Below are positions 47,716 to 58,641 of a DNA stretch of 64,000 nucleotides, one piece after another (positions within the stretch are counted from its first letter, which is position 1; the number at the start of each line of letters is the position of its first letter). The notes below the pieces were generated by a model, which saw nothing but the letters and a program-made list of their open reading frames with translations, had not been told where the DNA came from and made no database searches. The position numbers and the translations under genes are program-made. The stretch comes from Candidatus Nealsonbacteria bacterium (GTDB taxonomy: Bacteria; Patescibacteriota; Minisyncoccia; Minisyncoccales; UBA6532), in contig JACPLN010000001.1 of the NCBI GenBank assembly GCA_016186485.1, positions 18,377-82,376 of the forward strand. The letters run 5' to 3'.

Positions 47716-48471
47716 ATGGAGGATCTTTTTTCCAGCTCAATTGTTTTTATTTTTGGCTTAACAATAGGTTCTTTTTTGAATTCGGTTATCTATCGTTTAG
47801 AGAAGGGCAAGAATATTATTATTGGAAGGTCTTTCTGCCCCGAATGCAATCACACCCTGGGCTGGCAAGATTTGATTCCTATTTTTAGTTTTGTATTTTT
47901 AAAAGGAAAATGCCGCTATTGCTTGAAACCAATTTCTTTACAGTACCCTTTAGTAGAAATAGCGACAGCTTCGTTATTTTTCTTAATTTTTCGCTTCCAG
48001 CTTTCCGCTTTCCACTACCTACTTTCCACATTCTTAATCGTCATTTTCGTCTACGACCTTAAGCATTATCTTATCCCAGATAAAGTAATTTACCCCGCTA
48101 TTGCAACGGTCATTTTGTATCAATTATTTACGACCAGAGCATTAATGCCATTGGTGCTCGGCTTTTGGTTTGGGATTTTGCCCTCACTATTCTTTTTGGC
48201 AATAGTCCTGCTGTCAAAAGAGCGCTGGATGGGCCTTGGAGACTTCAAATTAGCGGTATTAATGGGTTTGTTGTTGGGTTGGCCCAGCATTTTGGCGGCT
48301 TTATTCTTGGCGTTTTTCTCCGGCGCTATAATAGGGGTAAGTTTGATAGTTTCCGGCAGGAAAACCTTAAAATCAGAGCTTCCTTTCGGGCCATTTCTTA
48401 TTGTCGGGACAATCATATCTTTATTGTGGGGTCAGGATATAATATATTGGTATCTAAACATTCTAACCTAA
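47716..48471 (+). CDS. pilD: prepilin peptidase (A24 family)
   Basis: CPECNHTL...CRYC zinc motif, polytopic, GLGDFKL active-site Asp. Confidence 0.9.
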   Translation: MEDLFSSSIVFIFGLTIGSFLNSVIYRLEKGKNIIIGRSFCPECNHTLGWQDLIPIFSFVFLKGKCRYCLKPISLQYPLVEIATASLFFLIFRFQLSAFHYLLSTFLIVIFVYDLKHYLIPDKVIYPAIATVILYQLFTTRALMPLVLGFWFGILPSLFFLAIVLLSKERWMGLGDFKLAVLMGLLLGWPSILAALFLAFFSGAIIGVSLIVSGRKTLKSELPFGPFLIVGTIISLLWGQDIIYWYLNILT

Positions 48472-48476
48472 TAACA

Positions 48477-49031
48477 ATGAAAAACGCTTTTACCGTTATT
48501 GAGATTTTGGTGGTATTGGGGATTGTTGTTTTCCTTACCGCCGCCATTCTGCCGAGCTACAGGCTTGGCGGCCAGGTTATTGCCCTTGAAAGATCCGCCA
48601 ATTTTTTATCGCAGGAAATAAGGAGGGTTCAGGAAATGGCCGTATCTTCTAAAGAAGTGGGGCGTGGTATTGTGCCCCAGGGCCAGGAATTTTATCCCGC
48701 AGGCGGGTTCGGCATTTATTTGAAGCGTCAGCCGTTTGAAATAACAATTTTCGCAGACTGCAACGGCAATGGAGAGGTAGACAGAGGAATAGATTGCGGC
48801 ACCTCGCCCAACAAGTTTTCCGAAGTTCTGGAAAGCCTAAGTTTAGAGCAGGGCACGAATATTTTAAGTCTTTCTCCGTCTTCTCCCTTAACTATTATTT
48901 TTAAGGCGCCAGATCCCCTTACTATAATTTCCGGAGGAAACGAAGCAACGCTGACCCTTTCTCTTAATTCCGATGCGTCAAAAACTAAGGTTATAAAAGT
49001 TAATTCCGCCGGACTTATATATGTTGAATAA
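48477..49031 (+). CDS. minor pilin / pseudopilin
   Basis: MKNA/FTVIEILVVLGIVVFL prepilin signal; in-frame internal start of ORF 48165..49031. Confidence 0.75.
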   Translation: MKNAFTVIEILVVLGIVVFLTAAILPSYRLGGQVIALERSANFLSQEIRRVQEMAVSSKEVGRGIVPQGQEFYPAGGFGIYLKRQPFEITIFADCNGNGEVDRGIDCGTSPNKFSEVLESLSLEQGTNILSLSPSSPLTIIFKAPDPLTIISGGNEATLTLSLNSDASKTKVIKVNSAGLIYVE

Positions 49032-49506
49032 ATCCTTCACGTTAATTGAAGTAATAACCGCCATTTTTCTTATTTCCGTCGGGATTCTGGGAGTTTTCGG
49101 TTTAACCCAGAGAACTTTTGCCACCATTTCTTTCTCTTTAGACAAATTGACAGCATCATACTTGGCCCAAGAAGGGATTGAGATAGCAAGGAATATAAGA
49201 GACGGCAATTGGCTGGAGCAGAGAACCAGTCCTCTTCTTCCTTGGGATGACGGCATGCCTCAAGGGGCTTTTGAGGCTGACTATCAGGCCCAGAGTCTGA
49301 CGCAGGCATATAACGGCGCGTTTTTAAACATCCAAAACGGCGGCTTTTACGGCTATGGCGCAGGAAACCAATCTAAGTTTAAAAGAAAAATTACCCTGCA
49401 AAAGCCCGATTCCAGCACCATAAATGTTTTAACAGAAGTTTTTTGGCAGGATCGCGGAAAGAGCCATACGGTTTTAACAGAAGAAAATTTATACAATTGG
49501 CGCTAA
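49021..49506 (+). CDS. minor pilin (PilV-like)
   Basis: MLNKS/FTLIEVITAIFLISVGILG prepilin signal. Confidence 0.75.
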   Translation: MLNKSFTLIEVITAIFLISVGILGVFGLTQRTFATISFSLDKLTASYLAQEGIEIARNIRDGNWLEQRTSPLLPWDDGMPQGAFEADYQAQSLTQAYNGAFLNIQNGGFYGYGAGNQSKFKRKITLQKPDSSTINVLTEVFWQDRGKSHTVLTEENLYNWR

Positions 49507-49507
49507 C

Positions 49508-50047
49508 ATGAAAAGAGGTTTTACGATAATAGAGATATTGGTTTCCGTAGCTATTTTTTCAGTTGTAACGCTTGTAGCCTTGGGAATTTTTAATTTAACC
49601 CTGAGGTCTCAGAGGCAAAGCCTTGCCGATCAGCAAATTATATCCCAGGCCTCTTATGTTATGGAATATATGTCTAGAGCAGTTCGTATGGCAAGAAAAG
49701 ATATGCCGGGTTCTTGCCTTACCGTTTTTGGAGCCGCATTTAATTACGAAACAAACCCGCAGTCAGACAGAATCAGGTTCTTAAACTATCAGAATATCTG
49801 CCAAGAGTTTTTTTTAGAAGGGGGCAGGTTAAAAGAACGCAAGTCGTCTGATTCTTCAGCTGCTAATTTTCTGCAGCCGCTTTCCCTAACTTCGCCTGGC
49901 TTGACGGTTTCAGCGTTTAAAATCGGGCCTTCGGGCAGCTGGGATCAGCAAGATAACGATCAGCCAAGAGTCACCTTTTATCTGCAGATCTCTGGCGCTT
50001 CTCTCCAGACAACGATTTCCCAGCGAAACCTTGATGTGCGCCGATAG
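49508..50047 (+). CDS. minor pilin (PilW-like)
   Basis: MKRG/FTIIEILVSVAIFSVV prepilin signal. Confidence 0.75.
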   Translation: MKRGFTIIEILVSVAIFSVVTLVALGIFNLTLRSQRQSLADQQIISQASYVMEYMSRAVRMARKDMPGSCLTVFGAAFNYETNPQSDRIRFLNYQNICQEFFLEGGRLKERKSSDSSAANFLQPLSLTSPGLTVSAFKIGPSGSWDQQDNDQPRVTFYLQISGASLQTTISQRNLDVRR

Positions 50048-50068
50048 AACCATAAATTAGAAATTTCT

Positions 50069-50392
50069 ATGCAAAAAGGCGTTTCCCTATACCTAACTGT
50101 TATTCTAATGTCCATAATTATGGCTACGGCTTTGGGAATAAGCTCAATTCTGATTTCACAGCTTAAAACAATTAGAGACGTTGGAAATAGCGTTTCTGCT
50201 TTTTTCGCCGCGGATACCGGCATTGAAAAAGCGCTTTTGAACGGCCAATCGGTTTCAGGAGTTCTTTCTAACGGAGCCGCTTACAGCGTTGTTTTAACTC
50301 CGGCTGGGGGCAGTTGTTCCGGCCAGAACTATTGTTTAAAATCGCAAGGAGAATACCGGGGAACAATAAGAGCGGTAGAAATAATGCGATAA
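50069..50392 (+). CDS. PilX-like minor pilus protein
   Basis: hydrophobic N-terminus GVSLYLTVILMSIIMATALG without a canonical G/F cleavage site; last gene of the pilus locus. Confidence 0.5.
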   Translation: MQKGVSLYLTVILMSIIMATALGISSILISQLKTIRDVGNSVSAFFAADTGIEKALLNGQSVSGVLSNGAAYSVVLTPAGGSCSGQNYCLKSQGEYRGTIRAVEIMR

Positions 50393-50408
50393 ATTGCTGT
50401 GTTGCTAA

Positions 50409-53470
<3,062 letters not shown>

Positions 53471-53579
53471 AAATGGCGCGCTCTATTTAAGGGGAGGGGT
53501 ATATCGGTTTTGCATTTGACTAGGTTTTTTGTTTGGGCGAAAATATATATACCAAAATTAGACACCGTTTTTTTATATA

Positions 53580-54068
53580 ATGACAGACGGTAAAAATAAA
53601 AACTATATATCTCTTCAGAACGCAACAAAACTCTGCAATTATTCGCAGGAGTATTTAAGCTTGAGGGCCAGGCAGGGAAAACTGAAGGCGATAAAGCTTG
53701 GCAGGAATTGGGTGACAAAAAAAGAATGGCTGGAGGGGTATATAAAGACAGCCGAATCTTACAAAGAGTGGCTGAACGGAATGATAAATTTCCGCCAGCC
53801 GCCCGCAAACCTTCCGATAGGAGAACTAAAGGTTTTTAAGGACTCAAAGTCTTTTACGGTTTTTCTTCCGGCGCTTGCTTTTATTTCCGCCGCAGTTTTG
53901 ATTTTTGCCGGAACTGTTTTCGGAAAATCCGTCCTTCAACATGTTTATTCAGACATTTTGCCGCATCTTTCAAGCGGATTGGCTGTTGCCAACGCAAAAG
54001 AGGCGTTTTCCGGGACAAAAGAGCTTTTAGCTGAATATATTAAATGGGTCTCCGGCTTAATATATTAA
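53580..54068 (+). CDS. bitopic protein with N-terminal excisionase-like HTH and one TM
   Basis: YISLQNATKLCNYSQEYLSLRARQGKLKAIKLGRNWVTKKEWLEGYI then TM FTVFLPALAFISAAVLIFAGTVF; N-domain about 57% identical to that of the giant protein at 58642. Confidence 0.55.
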   Translation: MTDGKNKNYISLQNATKLCNYSQEYLSLRARQGKLKAIKLGRNWVTKKEWLEGYIKTAESYKEWLNGMINFRQPPANLPIGELKVFKDSKSFTVFLPALAFISAAVLIFAGTVFGKSVLQHVYSDILPHLSSGLAVANAKEAFSGTKELLAEYIKWVSGLIY

Positions 54069-54697
54069 GCAAAGCAACAGATGTCTTGCTGGACATATTG
54101 TTTCCAAGGATTTGTTTTGGCTGCGGAAGAGAAGGCAAATACGTCTGCGATAAATGCGAGATATTTTTAATTGAGGTTGAGAATAACATCCCGGGCCTAG
54201 TTAGCGTTTGGGAGTACGAGGGCCTGATGGAGAAATTGATTTGGAAGATAAAATTTGATAGAAAATACCATATTTTAGAAGAGTTGGTAGAAAAAGCTTT
54301 GCATAGAATTGAATTAAGTCTTCCGGAAAGCGCATATATCACTTATGTGCCAATGCGAAAGAATAGAGAAAAAGAGCGCGGCTTTAATCAAGCCGCGCTT
54401 ATCGCCCGCCGCTTGGGCCAATTGCTTCCTCGGAGGAAGCAACAGCCCTTTCGGGTTTTGCCTATGCTGAAAAAGGTAATAGATAATAGGTCGCAGGTGG
54501 GATTGAACCCCAAGGAAAGAATAGAAAACGTTAGAGACGCTTTTGCTTTTGAGGGATTATTTGTGCCCGAGAACGTTTTGTTGGTTGACGACGTTTATAC
54601 CACTGGAGCTACCGCTAAAGAATGTGTTAGAGTGTTAAAGAAAGCCGGCGTAAAGAAGGTCTGGATATTTACTCTGGCAAGGAAACTTCAATGTTAA
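54044..54697 (+). CDS. comF: ComF-family competence protein (PRTase fold)
   Basis: N-terminal CFGCG...CDKC, RGFNQA, VLLVDDVYTTGATA. Confidence 0.85.
   Translation: MGLRLNILSKATDVLLDILFPRICFGCGREGKYVCDKCEIFLIEVENNIPGLVSVWEYEGLMEKLIWKIKFDRKYHILEELVEKALHRIELSLPESAYITYVPMRKNREKERGFNQAALIARRLGQLLPRRKQQPFRVLPMLKKVIDNRSQVGLNPKERIENVRDAFAFEGLFVPENVLLVDDVYTTGATAKECVRVLKKAGVKKVWIFTLARKLQC
54415..54448. repeat. REP palindrome copy 6 (diverged), inside the comF reading frame
   Basis: GGGCCAATTGCTTCCTCGGAGGAAGCAACAGCCC, translated as GQLLPRRKQQP. Confidence 0.8.
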
Positions 54698-55569
54698 CCC
54701 AAAAGGAAAGACAAAATTATAGATTGATAAGCGATAAAGACTATCCAAAATTGTTGAAGAAAATTGGCAGCGATGCCCCGAAACAACTTTATTACAAGGG
54801 GAGTTGGGATGAGGGAATTTTTAAAAATTGTTTGGCGGTGGTAGGATCAAGACGTTTAACAAGTTACGGCAAGCAAGTTGCAGAAAGATTGGTGACTGAA
54901 GCGGCGGCAGCTGGCATCACCATAGTTTCCGGATTTATGTACGGAGGCGACGCCGTTGCCCATAAGGCCGCCCTTCGGGCAGGCGGCAGAACAGTTGCAG
55001 TGATGCCCTGCGGGATAGACTTAATACATCCCGAATACCAGGAAGATTTATACAATGAAATTTTAGAGAATAAAAGCCTGATTATTTCAGAGTATGAAGG
55101 GGATATGTTGCCCACAAATTGGACTTATCCCAGAAGGAACAGGATAGTGGCGGGTTTAAGCAAAGCAGTTTTAGTGGTTGAGGCCGGGCTAAAAAGCGGC
55201 TCCTTGATTACCGCTAATTTTGCTAAAAAATTTGGCAGAAAGGTTTTTGCAGTTCCCGGCCCCATAACCAGCGAAGTCTCCAAAGGGACTTTACAGCTAA
55301 TTAAAAATGGGGCTGAAATGGCAATATCTAGTCAAGATATATTGGGACATTATAGAATGAAGGGCCAGGCTGTTTTGTGGCCAAAAGAAATTGGAGGCGA
55401 TGGGCTTGAGGGTAAAATCTTAGAGCGGTTGAGGCTAGAACCAATGGGGGCGGATGACTTAGCCAGGGCATTTGGCATATCTGCCTCGGAGTTAGGGGTG
55501 ACATTATCAATGATGGAGCTTCGGGGATTGGTGCGTCGCGAAGACACAAAATACCACCCCAATTATTAA
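54691..55569 (+). CDS. dprA: DNA processing protein DprA
   Basis: VVGSRRLTSYG, SGFMYGGDAVAHKAAL, MPCGID, C-terminal wHTH. Confidence 0.9.
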   Translation: MLTQKERQNYRLISDKDYPKLLKKIGSDAPKQLYYKGSWDEGIFKNCLAVVGSRRLTSYGKQVAERLVTEAAAAGITIVSGFMYGGDAVAHKAALRAGGRTVAVMPCGIDLIHPEYQEDLYNEILENKSLIISEYEGDMLPTNWTYPRRNRIVAGLSKAVLVVEAGLKSGSLITANFAKKFGRKVFAVPGPITSEVSKGTLQLIKNGAEMAISSQDILGHYRMKGQAVLWPKEIGGDGLEGKILERLRLEPMGADDLARAFGISASELGVTLSMMELRGLVRREDTKYHPNY

Positions 55570-55579
55570 AATCTAGCTC

Positions 55580-55613
55580 GGGCTCATTGCTTCCTCCGAG
55601 GAAGCAATAGCCC
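55580..55613. repeat. REP palindrome copy 7 (left flank of RAYT)
   Basis: GGGCTCATTGCTTCCTCCGAGGAAGCAATAGCCC followed by TCAAAAC. Confidence 0.9.
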
Positions 55614-55622
55614 TCAAAACTT

Positions 55623-56345
55623 ATGAACGAAAAGAAACGATTTGAAGTAGGAAAAATTTATCATATTTATAATCGGGGAGTTGCGAAGTGTGATATATAT
55701 AGAATGGAGGCTGATGATTGGCGATTCCTCCAAGGGCTTTGTCTATTTAATGATAAGAATAGTGCTGCTAATATACTCTGGCAATTAGAAAAAACGAGAG
55801 GGCGGCTTACTTTAAATGTTTTGAAAAAATACATAAAAGACCAGAAATATGAACGAAAACCATTGGTTCGGATTTTAGCTTATTGCGCAATGCCAAATCA
55901 TTTTCATCTCTTGCTTGAAGAAAGAGAGGAAGGCGGCATCACAAAGTTTATGCAAAAACTCGGAGCAGGCTATGCTCGTTATTTTAATAATAAATATAAT
56001 AGAGTGGGGAGTTTATTCCAAGGAAGATTTAAAGCGGTGCCGGTAGAAAACGAACGTTATTTGCAGTATCTGCTCGTATATATTAATGTGATCAATCCTA
56101 GTCAATTGGCAGAACCTCGTTTTAAGGAGGAGGGCATAAGGGATATGGCAAGCGTTTTACGCTTTGTCGAAGAATATCCTTTTGGTACCCACCAAGAATA
56201 TATTGGTAAGCGAGGATCAATAATAATAGAAAAAGGTGTTCTGGCAGAATTGTTACCCACTCCAGAAATTTATCGAGAATTGGCAGAAGATATTTTAAGA
56301 GAAAAGAGACACATGGAAATTCAACATCTTTGGCTAGAAGAATAG
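55623..56345 (+). CDS. REP-associated tyrosine transposase (RAYT; IS200/IS605-like Y1 HUH enzyme)
   Basis: YHIYNRGV, HUH motif MPNHFHLLLEE, GSLFQGRFKAVPVE, Tyr motif YLLVYINVINP; flanked by REPs. Confidence 0.8.
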   Translation: MNEKKRFEVGKIYHIYNRGVAKCDIYRMEADDWRFLQGLCLFNDKNSAANILWQLEKTRGRLTLNVLKKYIKDQKYERKPLVRILAYCAMPNHFHLLLEEREEGGITKFMQKLGAGYARYFNNKYNRVGSLFQGRFKAVPVENERYLQYLLVYINVINPSQLAEPRFKEEGIRDMASVLRFVEEYPFGTHQEYIGKRGSIIIEKGVLAELLPTPEIYRELAEDILREKRHMEIQHLWLEE

Positions 56346-56378
56346 GGCTCGTTGCTTCCTCCGAGGAAGCAATAGCCC
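56345..56378. repeat. REP palindrome copy 8 (right flank of RAYT)
   Basis: GGGCTCGTTGCTTCCTCCGAGGAAGCAATAGCCC followed by TCAAAAT; its first base is the last base of the RAYT stop codon. Confidence 0.9.
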
Positions 56379-56416
56379 TCAAAATTTATCTGTATTTATT
56401 TGCGCTTTAAGGGAGT

Positions 56417-57949
56417 ATGTTAGTTAAGGTAAAATCAGGAGCAAATAGCGGATTAGAAATGATAGGGGTTGACGTAGAGGTTAATGTGGCAAGCCGCGGC
56501 TTGCCTAGTTTTGATATTGTCGGTTTGCCGGATAAGGCAGTTGCCGAAAGCAGAGAAAGAGTAAAGACAGCTATTCAGAGTTCAAAAATGGAGTTTCCCA
56601 ACAAAAAAATAACAGTCAATCTGGCGCCGGCCGATTTTCCAAAAGAGGGCTCTTGCTACGATTTGCCAATAGCCGCTGCTATTATTTCTGCCGAGCAGGG
56701 ATGCCCGATCCCGGAAAAATCCCTATTTTTTGGTGAGTTGTCGCTGGACGGATCATTGCGCCATACCAAGGGAACGTTTCTTTTAACTCTTTTTGCCAAA
56801 GAGTCCGGTTTAAATAATGTTTTTGTGCCCAAGGATTCTGCCGCAGAAGCCAGCATTATTCGGGGAATAAATGTTTATCCTATAGAATCCCTGAAACAAC
56901 TTTTTAGGTTTTTTGAGGGCAAAGAGGCTGTGGAACCAGCTATTTATCAAAAAGAAGATTTATCCGATACGCCCCCGGAGTTTGATATGGCAGAAATTCT
57001 AGGTCAAGAGCAGGCGAAAAGAGCAATGGAGATAGCCGCAGCCGGCTCCCACAATATTTTACTGGTAGGTTCTCCCGGCACCGGCAAAACAATGCTGGCT
57101 AGGGCCCTGCCAGGGATTTTGCCGCCCCTGAACGAAGAAGAAGCTCTAGAGGTTACTAAAATTTATTCCGCGGCAGGACAGATTCCCCCCGGCGGATCTT
57201 TAATTAGAATTCCGCCATTTAGAACTCCTCACCATACAGCTTCAAGCGTAGGCTTGATTGGCGGGGGGACCAGGCCCCATCCGGGAGAAATTAGTTTGGC
57301 TCACCGCGGCGTGCTTTTTCTTGACGAATTCAACGAATTTCCTCGTTTAGCATTGGAAGCTCTTCGCCAGCCCTTGGAAGACGGCTGTCTGACAATTGCG
57401 AGATCAAAAGAAAGGGTCAGGTATCCTGCCAGATTTATGCTTGTAGCTTCGGCTAATCCTTGTCCTTGCGGCTATCTAAATCATCCTAAGAAGCAATGCC
57501 TTTGTTCTTCTCGCCAAGTAAGGAAATACCAAAAAAGAATTTCCGGACCCCTGCTGGATAGAATAGATTTGCATATAGATATTCCGCCGGTTGATGTCCG
57601 AGAACTCTCGGAAAATCAAAAGGCTTCAGAATTTTTAGAACAATCGGATGTTATTCGCCAAAGAGTCATTAAAGCCAGGCAGATTCAATACCAGAGATTT
57701 TTAGGAGATAATATTTTTACTAATTCCGAAATGAAAAACCCTCATATTAAAAAATACTGTAAATTGCCAAAAGAGGCAGAGCAAGTATTGCAGCAGGCAA
57801 GTATCAAGTTCCAGCTGTCCGCCAGGGCTTATTTGAAAATGATAAAGATTGCCAGGACCATTGCTGATTTGGAGGGGACGCCAGAGATTGGAGTTTCGCA
57901 TATAGCAGAAGCCTTGCAGTACCGTCCTAAAACAGATAAAAACGAATAA
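56417..57949 (+). CDS. comM: ComM/YifB Mg-chelatase-like AAA+ ATPase
   Basis: Lon-like N-domain, Walker A GSPGTGKTM, LFLDEFNEF, Cys cluster CPCGY...CLC. Confidence 0.9.
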   Translation: MLVKVKSGANSGLEMIGVDVEVNVASRGLPSFDIVGLPDKAVAESRERVKTAIQSSKMEFPNKKITVNLAPADFPKEGSCYDLPIAAAIISAEQGCPIPEKSLFFGELSLDGSLRHTKGTFLLTLFAKESGLNNVFVPKDSAAEASIIRGINVYPIESLKQLFRFFEGKEAVEPAIYQKEDLSDTPPEFDMAEILGQEQAKRAMEIAAAGSHNILLVGSPGTGKTMLARALPGILPPLNEEEALEVTKIYSAAGQIPPGGSLIRIPPFRTPHHTASSVGLIGGGTRPHPGEISLAHRGVLFLDEFNEFPRLALEALRQPLEDGCLTIARSKERVRYPARFMLVASANPCPCGYLNHPKKQCLCSSRQVRKYQKRISGPLLDRIDLHIDIPPVDVRELSENQKASEFLEQSDVIRQRVIKARQIQYQRFLGDNIFTNSEMKNPHIKKYCKLPKEAEQVLQQASIKFQLSARAYLKMIKIARTIADLEGTPEIGVSHIAEALQYRPKTDKNE

Positions 57950-57951
57950 AC

Positions 57952-57984
57952 GGGCTATTGCTTCCTCCGAGGAAGCAATAGCCC
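57952..57984. repeat. REP palindrome copy 9
   Basis: GGGCTATTGCTTCCTCCGAGGAAGCAATAGCCC; fills the comM-yraN spacer. Confidence 0.9.
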
Positions 57985-57988
57985 GAAC

Positions 57989-58354
57989 ATGGGGATGAAG
58001 GAATTTAATCTTAAAACCGGTCAAACCGGAGAGAGGATTGCCAAAGAATATCTGGAGAAAAATGGGTATAAAATTTTGGAGAAAAACTACAGAAGCAAGT
58101 TTGCCGAGATTGATTTGGTTGCAAAAAAGAGGAACGAACTAATATTCGTAGAAGTAAGAACAAAGAAAGGGGAATTATTTGGCACGCCGGAAGATTCTTT
58201 AAACAAAAAGAAACTTAATAAATTATGGTGGAATGCCAAATCTTACGCCTCAAGGATCGGGTGGTCGGGACCATACAGGATAGATGCCGTTTGCGTAGTC
58301 TTAAAGCCAGACGGCGTTTTAGAGCGAATAAGCCATCACGAAAATATAATCTAA
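57989..58354 (+). CDS. yraN: YraN-family (UPF0102) endonuclease-like protein
   Basis: GERIAKEYLEKNGYKILEKNYR...EIDLVAKK...LIFVEVRTK. Confidence 0.85.
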   Translation: MGMKEFNLKTGQTGERIAKEYLEKNGYKILEKNYRSKFAEIDLVAKKRNELIFVEVRTKKGELFGTPEDSLNKKKLNKLWWNAKSYASRIGWSGPYRIDAVCVVLKPDGVLERISHHENII

Positions 58355-58641
58355 TTTTTAAATTGGCTAAATCTAAGCATAAGCTCTCTGGGGGGAGCCC
58401 TTTTATTTTAGGAAAAGTTATCCACAGAGGGCATTATTGACAGCCATCTATTATCAGCCGATAATATACTAATCTATCCGATCTCTTATCGGATAGAATA
58501 TGGGGATAATAAGCGTAAAATAAAAAAGAAGACCCCCATATTTACCCAACTTCATAGCTTGCAAAAAATTATAAAGAAGGGCGATTTTTATTTGGGGATC
58601 TTCTATTATATTTTAGCTTACTGATAATTGTTTGTCAAATT

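Noticed and set aside
48165-48476. Long N-terminal extension of the first minor pilin ORF (48165..49031) overlapping pilD
   Set aside because: The extension is an alternative frame of pilD. A canonical prepilin leader (MKNA/FTVIEIL) begins at the in-frame ATG at 48477, right after the pilD stop.
58418-58426. Perfect DnaA box TTATCCACA (and TTTTCCACA at 47084-47092) as a hint of oriC
   Set aside because: These are isolated single boxes. There is no cluster, no adjacent AT-rich unwinding element that I could define, and no dnaA/dnaN nearby. They are compatible with chance.
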